Assembly: GCF_009834025.1 (NCBI RefSeq)
Contig: NZ_CP047156.1
Coordinates: forward strand, 2,850,067 to 2,874,066
Direction of reading: 5' to 3'
Length of the DNA stretch: 24,000 nucleotides
Source of the DNA: Epidermidibacterium keratini
GTDB lineage: Bacteria > Actinomycetota > Actinomycetes > Mycobacteriales > Antricoccaceae
Shown: positions 7,789-15,410 of the stretch, in pieces
Layout of the letters: each line of letters starts with the position of its first letter
How positions within the stretch are numbered: the first letter of the stretch is position 1
The notes under the pieces: generated by a model
What the model was told of the DNA's origin: nothing
The model's input: the letters and a program-made list of their open reading frames with translations, nothing else
Databases searched by the model: none
Program-made: the position numbers and the translations under genes

Positions 7789-9129
7789 TTAGGCGGTAGC
7801 AGGTGCGGCGAGCGCGGGTTCGCGTTCCTCGCCGAACGGATCCGCCGAGCGGGTGCTCTCGAAGACGTCTTTGTCCAGGATGCCCTCACGCTTGGCGACG
7901 ATGGTCGGCACGAGAGCCTGCCCGGCGACGTTGACCGCCGTACGGCCCATGTCCAGGATCGGGTCGACCGCGAGCAGCAGGCCGACACCGGCCAGCGGCA
8001 GGCCGAGCGTTGACAGCGTCAGCGTCAGCATCACGACCGCGCCGGTCACGCCCGCGGTCGCGGCCGAGCCGACGACCGAGACGAGTGCGATCAGCAGGTA
8101 GTCGCCGATACCGAGGTCGATCCCGAAGAACTGCGCCACGAAGATCGCCGACAGGGCAGGATAAATCGCCGCGCAACCGTCCATCTTGGTGGTGGCGCCA
8201 AGGGGCACGGCGAAGCTCGCGTACTCGCGGGGTACGCCGAGGTTCGTCGTCGTCACCCGCTCGGTGACCGGCAGCGTGCCGATCGAGGAGCGCGAGACGA
8301 AACCGAGCTGGATCGCCGGCCATGCGCCCGCGAACCAGCGGCGTACTGACAGCCCGTTGAGCTTCAGCAGCACCGGGTAGACGACGAAGAGCACCAGCAG
8401 CAGGCCGGCATACACCGCGGCGACGAAGACGCCGAGCGATGAAAGAGATTCCCAGCCATAGCTGGCAACCGCGTTGCCGATCAGGCCGAGCGTGCCGATC
8501 GGGGCGAGCAGGATGATCCACCACAGGACCTTCTGCACGATCGCCAGCAGCGAGGCATTGAAGGCCAGGAACGGCTCGGCGGCCTTGCCGACCTTAAGCG
8601 CGGCGATGCCGATCGCCAGCGAGATCACCAGCAGCTGCAGCACGTTAAAGGAGAGTCCCACGCCCTCATCGGAGGCTGATGCCTCTAGCCCGAGGATGTT
8701 GCCCGGCACCAGCCCGAGCAGGAAGTCCCACCAGGAGCCCTGGGTGGAGACCGCGCTCGCAGCCGACTCGTCGACCGAGGTGTGCAGGCCCGGATTGGTG
8801 GTCAGGCCGAGGACAAGGCCGATGCTCACCGCGATCGCTGCGGTGATGGCAAACCACAGCAGCGTCTGACCGGCCAGGCGTGCGGCGTTCGAGACCTTGC
8901 GCAGGTTGGCGATGGAGGCAATGACCGCGGTGACGATCAGCGGGATGACGATGACCCGCAGCAGCGCGACGAAGGTGCTGCCGATGGTGTCGAGGGTTGA
9001 GGTGAGCCAGTTGGGCTCGCCGTCGCCGACGGTGCCCATCGAGCGAGCGAGCAGGCCGAGCCCGACGCCGATGATGAGGGCGAGGAAGATCTGTGCCGCA
9101 AACGGCACTTTGCGCAAGGCGCGAAGCAT
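7789..9129 (-). CDS. Dicarboxylate/amino acid:cation symporter (DAACS/SLC1 family)
   Basis: 446 aa and polytopic. Family motifs: SSIGTLPVTERV, AVPLGATTKMDGCAAIYPALSAIFVAQ and VGSAATAGVTGAVVMLTLTLSTLGLP. Confidence 0.85.
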   Translation of the reverse strand: MLRALRKVPFAAQIFLALIIGVGLGLLARSMGTVGDGEPNWLTSTLDTIGSTFVALLRVIVIPLIVTAVIASIANLRKVSNAARLAGQTLLWFAITAAIAVSIGLVLGLTTNPGLHTSVDESAASAVSTQGSWWDFLLGLVPGNILGLEASASDEGVGLSFNVLQLLVISLAIGIAALKVGKAAEPFLAFNASLLAIVQKVLWWIILLAPIGTLGLIGNAVASYGWESLSSLGVFVAAVYAGLLLVLFVVYPVLLKLNGLSVRRWFAGAWPAIQLGFVSRSSIGTLPVTERVTTTNLGVPREYASFAVPLGATTKMDGCAAIYPALSAIFVAQFFGIDLGIGDYLLIALVSVVGSAATAGVTGAVVMLTLTLSTLGLPLAGVGLLLAVDPILDMGRTAVNVAGQALVPTIVAKREGILDKDVFESTRSADPFGEEREPALAAPATA

Positions 9130-9345
9130 GGAGGAACCTTTCGGAAAAGACTGAGACGGGCTGGAGGTACGCCGGTCGTCAGCAGCCCGAGGTCTGCGCC
9201 CGCGCGAGATCGATGTGCAGTCGCCGCGTCAGGCCCCACAGATTTCCCACAACAAACGCAACGGCACGCCGCGGAGGGTTCATTCCGCTGTCGCGCATTT
9301 TTCTGGTCCTGACGTGAATTGAAAGCCGGTGAGAACCCGACGATT

Positions 9346-10035
9346 CTAGCCGGACCGGTTGGCGTCCTTATCCGCGCCCAGCCAGCCGATGGCCGCCGAG
9401 GCGAAGTCCGGGCGCTGCGCGGCGCCGGCCGGGATGGTGCCCAGCAGCGGTACATCTAACGCGGCGAGGTAGCGGTAGTTGTCACGCTCGACGATGCCTG
9501 GATCGGCCGGCCAGCTGCCGATGACGATCCCCGCAATGCGGCGCCCGCGGCGGTGCAGCGCCTCAACGGTGAGCATGGTGTGGTTGAGCGTGCCGAGCGC
9601 TGCCCGCACCACCACGATGACGGCGGCATCGAGCGCACCGGCGAGGTCGGCAATCGTCTCGCGCGCCCCGGTCAGCTCGACGAGCAGGCCGCCGGCCCCT
9701 TCCACAAGCACGTGATCATGCTGCCCGGAGAGGGCGGCCACCTCGTGACGATGATCGTCCAGGCGTGGAAGGCGCACCCCGTCGATCTCAGCAGCAGGCA
9801 CCGGCGCCATCGGCTCGGTGAGCCGGCACCCCTCGGCGATGGTGGCGCCGGTCAGTCGGCGTACGACCTGCATGTCGCCCTCGTCGCCCGGCCCGACGCC
9901 GGTCTGGGCCGGCTTGTACGCCGCGACGCTCCGGCCGGCGCCCTGCAACGCAGCGGCCAGAGCAGCGGTCACGATCGTTTTGCCGACGTCCGTGTCGGTG
10001 CCAGTGACCGCGACGACGGGCGGCAGACTCAGCAC
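9346..10035 (-). CDS. bioD: Dethiobiotin synthase
   Basis: It has the P-loop VTGTDTDVGKT and AYKPAQTG, followed by VEGAGGLLV. The GTG start overlaps the bioF stop (GTGCTGA). Confidence 0.9.
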   Translation of the reverse strand: MLSLPPVVAVTGTDTDVGKTIVTAALAAALQGAGRSVAAYKPAQTGVGPGDEGDMQVVRRLTGATIAEGCRLTEPMAPVPAAEIDGVRLPRLDDHRHEVAALSGQHDHVLVEGAGGLLVELTGARETIADLAGALDAAVIVVVRAALGTLNHTMLTVEALHRRGRRIAGIVIGSWPADPGIVERDNYRYLAALDVPLLGTIPAGAAQRPDFASAAIGWLGADKDANRSG

Positions 10036-11144
10036 GCCGCCGCCCGGCGTACCTCATCGGCGGTAAACTCGACCTGGACGGGTGTGAGGTCAGCCCGTGC
10101 GGTCAGCCGTAGCCGAGCAACCTCATCGGGTGTGCTCGGCGGGCGGAAGCAGCCGACGAGTACGCCGCGCTCGCGCAGCTGCTCGCGGGCCGCGACGGCG
10201 GCGGCCGGAGTTGGCATCGGGACCGACAGCACCGCGCCGGCACTGGGCGAGATCTCCAGAGCCCGTGAGATCTGTGCGGTGTGGCGGCCGATGGCGACGA
10301 CGAGGTCTGGCTGCTCACGCACGATATTGGTCGCGGCAAGTGCGCCGGCGGCGGCTGCCGGAGCGAGGCCGGTGTCGAAGATGAACGTGCGTGCGGCGTT
10401 GATCAGGTGCTCGCGCACTGCGGGGGTGCCGAGTACGACGCCGCCCTGGGCTCCGAGCGCTTTGGAGAGGGTGGCCGTCACGATCACGTCCTCGGCACCG
10501 GCGATCCCGAGCGTGTGCGCGAGCCCGCGGCCCTCACCGGCGACCCCGATGCCGTGTGCCTCGTCGATGATCAGCAGTGCGCCGTATCGCGCGCACACGT
10601 CGGCGAGCTCGCTCAGCGGCGCCGCGTCGCCGAGTACGGAGTAGACCGACTCGACCGCGACGATGCTGCGGCCCGGTTGCTGTGACAGCGCACGAGCGAG
10701 GTCGTCGATGTCGTTGTGGGCAAACGTCTCGTGCGGTGCTCGCGACATCCGTGCCGCGTCATGCAGCGATGCGTGTGCATGCTCATCGAGCAATATCGAA
10801 GTATCGCGATCTACGAATGCAGTCACCGCGCCCAGGTTGGCGGCATAGCCAGAAGCGAAGACGAGAGCCGACTGCTGCCCGCAGAGCTCGGCAAGCGCGG
10901 CCTCCAGGTCCTCGTGCACCGGCAGGGTCCCGGTGACCAGTCGCGATGCGCCCGCGCCGGCGCCGTACTCCTCGAGCGCCGCAACAGCGGCCGCGACGAC
11001 CCGCGAGTCCCGGCTGAGCCCGAGGTAGTCGTTGCCGGCCAGGTCGATCGTCGCGTCGTCGCGCAGTACGCCGATCGTGCGTGTCGTGCCGCGCTCGTCG
11101 CGCAGCTCGGCACGCTGGGCGAGCCACGACGTCCACGTGCTCAT
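10029..11144 (-). CDS. bioF: 8-amino-7-oxononanoate synthase
   Basis: Motifs: NDYLGLS, GSGASRLVTG-like GAGASRLVTG, FASGYAANLG, DEAHGIG and the PLP-lysine context TLSKALGAQGG. I chose ATG at 11144, which forms an ATGA overlap with the bioA stop. The track's longer N-terminus (to 11258) overlaps bioA. Confidence 0.9.
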   Translation of the reverse strand: MSTWTSWLAQRAELRDERGTTRTIGVLRDDATIDLAGNDYLGLSRDSRVVAAAVAALEEYGAGAGASRLVTGTLPVHEDLEAALAELCGQQSALVFASGYAANLGAVTAFVDRDTSILLDEHAHASLHDAARMSRAPHETFAHNDIDDLARALSQQPGRSIVAVESVYSVLGDAAPLSELADVCARYGALLIIDEAHGIGVAGEGRGLAHTLGIAGAEDVIVTATLSKALGAQGGVVLGTPAVREHLINAARTFIFDTGLAPAAAAGALAATNIVREQPDLVVAIGRHTAQISRALEISPSAGAVLSVPMPTPAAAVAAREQLRERGVLVGCFRPPSTPDEVARLRLTARADLTPVQVEFTADEVRRAAAC

Positions 11145-12469
11145 CGGTAGACCTCGCAGGTGGCGCCGATGATCGCGGCACCGATCGCGGCGATGTGCTC
11201 GGCGCTGCTGACGTAGGGCGGCATCGTGTAGACGAGGTCGCGAAACGGCCGCACCCATACGCCGCGGCGGACGGCGGCCGCGGCGACGGCGGGGACGTCG
11301 ACATCGCGGTCGAGTTGCACAACCCCGACCGCGCCGAGGACGCGGACGTCGTGCACCACCGGTAGGTCTCGTGCGGGAGCGAGGGCCGCCTGCAGCTCAC
11401 CCTCGATGCGGGCGACCTGCTCGCCGGCGTGCGTAGTGATCAGATCGACCGACGCGGCGGCGATCGCGCAGGCGAGCGGATTGGCCATGAACGTCGGTCC
11501 GTGCAGCAGCGCGCGCAGCTCGGAGCTGGCGATGACCGAGCCGACGCGCTCGGTCATCAGCACCGCAGCCAGGGTCAGGTAGCCGCCGGTCAGCGCCTTG
11601 CCCACGCACATCACGTCCGGTGCGATATCGGCCCACTCGCAGGCAAAGAGCCGCCCGGTGCGACCAAACGCCGTCGCGATCTCGTCGGCGATCAGCAGGA
11701 GGTCGTAGTCGTCGGCGACCTCGCGCATGACGCGCAGGCACTGCGGCGGGTAGATGTACATCCCGCCGGCGCCCTGCAGCACCGGCTCGACCACGATCGC
11801 CGCCAGCTCGTCGCGGTGCGCCGCGGCTAGCTCCCGAAACGCAGATTCCCAGTCCTGCAAGGCTTCTTCGTCGTACTGCCAGCCGTCGGGACCGTAGGAC
11901 GCCTGCGGCGGGCGTGGCGCGAAGAGCTGCCCGGCCACCAGACCGGGGAAGGCCGAGTGCATGCCGCCGACGGGGTCGCACATGCTCATCGCGGCAAACG
12001 TGTCGCCGTGGTAGCCGCCGCGTACCGTCAGCATCCGTTGACGCTGCGGGCGTCCACGGCCGATCTGGTACTGCACGGCGAGCTTGAGCGCGACCTCGAC
12101 CGAGACCGAACCGGAGTCGGCGAAGAAGACGTGCGCCATCGGCCCGGGTGCGATAGCGACGAGCCGTTCGGCGAGCGCGATCGCCGGTTCGTGGGTCAGC
12201 CCGCCGAACATGACATGGCTGAACTCCCCGAGCTGGTCGGCGGCGGCCGCATCCAGGGTCGGGTTGCGATAGCCGTGCACCGCGCACCACCACGACGACA
12301 TCGCGTCGATCACCCGGTGCGTCTGGCCGTCAGCAGCGGTGAGCTGCAGGTGCACCCCGTCGGCGGCCGTGACGGCGTACGGCGCCGGCCCGTCGAGCGC
12401 GGCATACGGGTGCCACAGCAGGCCGCGGTCGCGCTCGATCAGGGCCGGGCGCTGCGCCGTCTTAGGCAT
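11141..12469 (-). CDS. bioA: Adenosylmethionine-8-amino-7-oxononanoate aminotransferase
   Basis: Motifs: [41 protein letters not shown] and the class-III aminotransferase lysine context [10 protein letters not shown] prefer ATG at 12469 (ATGCCTAA overlaps the bioB stop) over TTG at 12478. Confidence 0.9.
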   Translation of the reverse strand: MPKTAQRPALIERDRGLLWHPYAALDGPAPYAVTAADGVHLQLTAADGQTHRVIDAMSSWWCAVHGYRNPTLDAAAADQLGEFSHVMFGGLTHEPAIALAERLVAIAPGPMAHVFFADSGSVSVEVALKLAVQYQIGRGRPQRQRMLTVRGGYHGDTFAAMSMCDPVGGMHSAFPGLVAGQLFAPRPPQASYGPDGWQYDEEALQDWESAFRELAAAHRDELAAIVVEPVLQGAGGMYIYPPQCLRVMREVADDYDLLLIADEIATAFGRTGRLFACEWADIAPDVMCVGKALTGGYLTLAAVLMTERVGSVIASSELRALLHGPTFMANPLACAIAAASVDLITTHAGEQVARIEGELQAALAPARDLPVVHDVRVLGAVGVVQLDRDVDVPAVAAAAVRRGVWVRPFRDLVYTMPPYVSSAEHIAAIGAAIIGATCEVYR

Positions 12470-13526
12470 TGGGTGCAACGGTCGTGCCCGCGCCGCGGCG
12501 GCGGATCGCCGGGTCGTGCGATGCGGTCGCGCTGGGGGCGGCCTGCGAGGCGCCCAGTACGACGAAGCCGTTGTCGGCGATCAGCTCCAGGTCTGCCTCG
12601 GCGGCCTGTCCCTCAGAGGTGAGGTAGTCACCGAGGAAGATCGAGTTGGCGACGTGCAGGGCAAGGCCCTGCAGCGTGCGCAGGTGCATCTCGCGGCCGC
12701 CGGCGATCCGCACCTCGCGGTCGGGGCAGACGAAGCGAGCGAGGGCGAGGATCTTCAGGCAGCGCAGGGGAGTGAGCTCCCAGGTGCCGGCCAACGGGGT
12801 GCCGTCGAAGGGCATCAGGAAGTTGACCGGGATCGAGTCCGAGCCGAGCTCGCGCAGCGCGACGAGCGCCTCGACGAGCTGCTCGTCGCTCTCACCGAGT
12901 CCGGCGATCAGCCCGGAGCACGGCGAGAGTCCGGCGGCCTTGGCTTTGCTGACGGTGTCCACGCGGTCGTCGTACGTGTGAGTAGAGACGATCTCGTCGT
13001 GGTGGGACTGCGCGGTGTTGATGTTGTGGTTGTAGGCATCCACACCGGCTTCGCGCAGCCGCTGCGCCTGACCGTCGCGCAGCAGGCCCAGGCAGGCGCA
13101 CACCTCGGCCTCGGGGTGCTCGTCCTTGAGTGCGCCGACCATGCCGGCGACGCGCTCGACGTCGCGGTCGGTCGGTCCGCGGCCGCTGGAGACCATGCAC
13201 ACCCGACTCGCGCCGCCCTGCAGCCCGGCGCGGGCTTGCTCAAGCGCCTCGTCCGGGGTCAGCCATTTGTACTTCAGGATGTCGGCCTGTGAGCCCAGGC
13301 GCTGCGAGCAGTAGCCGCAGTCTTCCGGGCACAGACCCGACTTGAGGTTGACCAGGTAGTTGACCTTGACCGTGTTGGCGAAGTACTTGCGCCGCAGGCG
13401 TCCCGCGGCCGCCACGAGCTCGAGTACGTCGGCGTCCGGTGCGCGCAGGATGGCGAGCGCGTCGTCGGTGCTGATCGGCGTACCGGCGAGGACCTGGTCG
13501 GCGAGGGCGGCGTATGGCGTGGTCAT
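12462..13526 (-). CDS. bioB: Biotin synthase (radical SAM)
   Basis: It has the [10 protein letters not shown] radical-SAM CxxxCxxC motif, plus downstream YNHNI and the GLGES region. A GAGGAG Shine-Dalgarno sequence precedes the ATG at 13526. The C-terminus carries an Ala/Ser/Pro-rich tail. Confidence 0.95.
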   Translation of the reverse strand: MTTPYAALADQVLAGTPISTDDALAILRAPDADVLELVAAAGRLRRKYFANTVKVNYLVNLKSGLCPEDCGYCSQRLGSQADILKYKWLTPDEALEQARAGLQGGASRVCMVSSGRGPTDRDVERVAGMVGALKDEHPEAEVCACLGLLRDGQAQRLREAGVDAYNHNINTAQSHHDEIVSTHTYDDRVDTVSKAKAAGLSPCSGLIAGLGESDEQLVEALVALRELGSDSIPVNFLMPFDGTPLAGTWELTPLRCLKILALARFVCPDREVRIAGGREMHLRTLQGLALHVANSIFLGDYLTSEGQAAEADLELIADNGFVVLGASQAAPSATASHDPAIRRRGAGTTVAPNA

Positions 13527-13549
13527 GGGAACTCCTCACGGCAGGGACT

Positions 13550-13582
13550 TGAACGGTGTTCAGGCTACCTGAACGGTGTTCA
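13550..13582. promoter_or_regulatory. Two tandem BioQ-type operators TGAAC-GGT-GTTCA, 20 bp centre to centre
   Basis: TGAACGGTGTTCA occurs identically at 13550-13562 and 13570-13582, between bioB (ATG 13526, minus) and the TetR gene (ATG 13630, plus). A candidate bioB -10, TAGCCT (complement of 13562-13567), sits between the two sites. A candidate bioQ -10, TAGGCT, lies at 13597-13602. Confidence 0.7.
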
Positions 13583-13629
13583 AGTTCCAGCGGCGCTAGG
13601 CTCGCGATCGTGAGGGGAGGGCCGAGTCG

Positions 13630-14154
13630 ATGGCGTTGACGCGTGTGCGGGTCGTTGATGTCGCGACCTCGATCCTGCGCGAGTTCGGCCTTGGCGACCT
13701 CTCGATGCGCCGCCTCGCCCGGGAGCTCGACGTCGCGCCCGGCGCGATCTATTGGCACATCGCAAACAAGCAGGTGCTGCTGGCCGCAGTTGCCGAGCGG
13801 CTGCTCGCCGACGTGCCGCTTGGTGAGCAGGGCGCCGATGATCCGGCCGCGGCACTGCGCGCGCACGTCCTGGCGGTCCGGGACGCCTTGCTGCCGGTGC
13901 CGGACGGCGCCGACGTGGTCGCGATCGCCTACACCCTCGATCCGGACTCGGTTCCGGCGCTGCGCGAGATCGGCGTACTGCTCAAGGAGGCTGGGGCGCA
14001 GGACGTGGCGGCGAGCACCGACCTCGTCGTACACCACATCCTCGGTTCGGTCGCCGCCACGCAGGTGCGTGCCGCCTCACCCGAGGAGGCCGTATCGAGT
14101 CCGGACAGATTCGAGCCCGCGCTCGACATCCTCCTCGGGCTTAGCTGTGGCTGA
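13630..14154 (+). CDS. bioQ: TetR family transcriptional regulator, probable biotin-operon repressor BioQ
   Basis: The N-terminal TetR HTH is ILREFGLGDLSMRRLARELDVAPGAIYWHIANKQ. The gene is divergent from bioBAFD and is separated from it by TGAAC-N3-GTTCA dyads. The assignment rests on context plus operator, not on a database hit. Confidence 0.65.
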   Translation: MALTRVRVVDVATSILREFGLGDLSMRRLARELDVAPGAIYWHIANKQVLLAAVAERLLADVPLGEQGADDPAAALRAHVLAVRDALLPVPDGADVVAIAYTLDPDSVPALREIGVLLKEAGAQDVAASTDLVVHHILGSVAATQVRAASPEEAVSSPDRFEPALDILLGLSCG

Positions 14155-14183
14155 TTGCATGGTCTAGCCCGCAATCAGCCACA
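14146..14183. terminator. Perfect 13-bp stem / 12-nt loop hairpin between convergent bioQ and corA
   Basis: TGTGGCTGATTGC(14146-14158)-atggtctagccc-GCAATCAGCCACA(14171-14183). The bioQ stop TGA (14152-14154) lies in the left arm. There is no U tract. Confidence 0.45.
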
Positions 14184-14213
14184 CCTAGAGCCGCGGCCAT
14201 GGCCCACGCGTCG

Positions 14214-15314
14214 CTACAGCCAGCCGCTGCGCTTGAAGCCGCGATATAGCAGCGTGCAAATGGTGACGATCAGCAAGATGACCAGCGGGTAGCCGAACTT
14301 CCACTTGAGCTCGGGCATGAACTCGAAGTTCATCCCGTAGATGCCGGCGACGGCGGTGGGTACGGCGAAGATCGCCGCCCACGAGGTGATCTTGCGCATG
14401 TCCTCGTTTTCCGACAGCGAGATGCGCGCGATCTGCGCCTGCAGGATCGAGGTCAGCAGCTCATCGAGGCCGGTCACGGTGTCGCGCACCCTGATGAGGT
14501 GGTCCTCGACGTCGCGAAAGTAGTTGCGGATCTTCTTCGGCACCAGCGGCAGCTGCCGATGTGCGAGCGACTGCAGGGGGACCGCGAGCGGGGTGACAGC
14601 GCGCCGCAGCTCCAGCAGCTCTCGTTTGAGCTGGTAGATGCGGTCGACGTCCTTGCTCTTGCTGCGCGGGCTAAAGACGCTCTCTTCGAGCTCGTCGAGG
14701 TCGGTCTCGACCTCGTTGCAGACGTCGAGGTAGCGGTCGACGACGACGTCGCAGATCGCATAGAGCACGGCAGCCGGGCCGAGGGCCAGCAGGTCGCGGT
14801 CCTCGTTTTCCAGCCGATGGCGCAGCGTGGAGAAGTCGCCGAAGTTGCCGTGGCGCACGGTGATCGCGAAGTAGCTGCCGATGAAGACCATGACCTCGCT
14901 GGTGCGGATCACTTCGCTTTCGGCGGTCAGCTCGTCGTGCTCGACGTACCTGGCGGTCTTGAGCACCATGAACAGGTTGTCGTCGTAGCGCTCAAGCTTG
15001 GGGCGGTTGTGCGCGCTCATCGCGTCTTCGACCGCGAGCGGGTGCAGCCCGAACGCGTCGGCGATCTCGCCGAACTCGCCCTCTTCGGGCTCGAAGAGCC
15101 CCAGCCACACGAATCCGCCGTCGGCGCGCGCTACCTCTGCGGCGCGACGCCAGTCGTCGCACCGCTCGACGATCGCGCCGTCGCGATAGACGGCGCAGCC
15201 CACGAGGGGGTTATGAGTAACGCTCTCCACGGAGTCCTGCGAGCCGGGTTTGCGGCGTACGACGCTCAAGGAGGGCAGCGCCGGCCTGGACCGGCGCTCG
15301 TTGGTGGTAGCCAT
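14214..15314 (-). CDS. corA: Magnesium/cobalt transporter CorA
   Basis: 366 aa. It has the signature YGMNFEFMPELKW (GMN motif) followed by the last TM segment, and an acidic N-terminal cytoplasmic domain. A GAAGGAGGAAGG Shine-Dalgarno sequence lies upstream of the ATG at 15314. Confidence 0.9.
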   Translation of the reverse strand: MATTNERRSRPALPSLSVVRRKPGSQDSVESVTHNPLVGCAVYRDGAIVERCDDWRRAAEVARADGGFVWLGLFEPEEGEFGEIADAFGLHPLAVEDAMSAHNRPKLERYDDNLFMVLKTARYVEHDELTAESEVIRTSEVMVFIGSYFAITVRHGNFGDFSTLRHRLENEDRDLLALGPAAVLYAICDVVVDRYLDVCNEVETDLDELEESVFSPRSKSKDVDRIYQLKRELLELRRAVTPLAVPLQSLAHRQLPLVPKKIRNYFRDVEDHLIRVRDTVTGLDELLTSILQAQIARISLSENEDMRKITSWAAIFAVPTAVAGIYGMNFEFMPELKWKFGYPLVILLIVTICTLLYRGFKRSGWL

Positions 15315-15397
15315 CGTTCATGACCTTCCTCCTTCACGAAGTGTGCATGCAAGCGGGCGGGGAATGGGCAGCGCCAAATTCATACCCCGCGCCTGAC

Positions 15398-15403
15398 TAC
15401 CCT
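15398..15403 (+). promoter_or_regulatory. Candidate -10 element TACCCT, 7 nt upstream of the metG ATG (leaderless-type)
   Basis: TACCCT(15398-15403)-agacggt-ATG(15411). No Shine-Dalgarno sequence is present. Confidence 0.35.
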
Positions 15404-15410
15404 AGACGGT

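Noticed and set aside
9130-9345. 39-codon minus-strand ORF (MRDSGMNPPRRAVAF...) in the symporter leader, and a 74-aa plus-strand ORF at 9093-9317.
   Set aside because: Neither has a Shine-Dalgarno sequence. Both have mediocre third-position bias and no motifs. The plus-strand ORF overlaps the symporter start. I treat the region as an untranslated leader.
11145-11258. Upstream N-terminal extensions offered by the ORF track. These are bioF to 11258, tatD from 16835, rsmA from 20525, ispE from 21467, TrmH from 522, merR to 3306, pmt to 5205 and bioA to 12478.
   Set aside because: Each extension overlaps the preceding gene or a regulatory element and encodes Arg-rich sequence atypical of the family. 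In each case an internal ATG or GTG gives a canonical 1-8 nt stop/start overlap, or has a Shine-Dalgarno sequence or -10 signal at the right distance.
13643-14167. 174-aa ORF in the +1 frame overlapping bioQ.
   Set aside because: The frame starting at 13630 gives a clean TetR helix-turn-helix. The shifted frame gives Ser/Arg/Pro-rich sequence without motifs.
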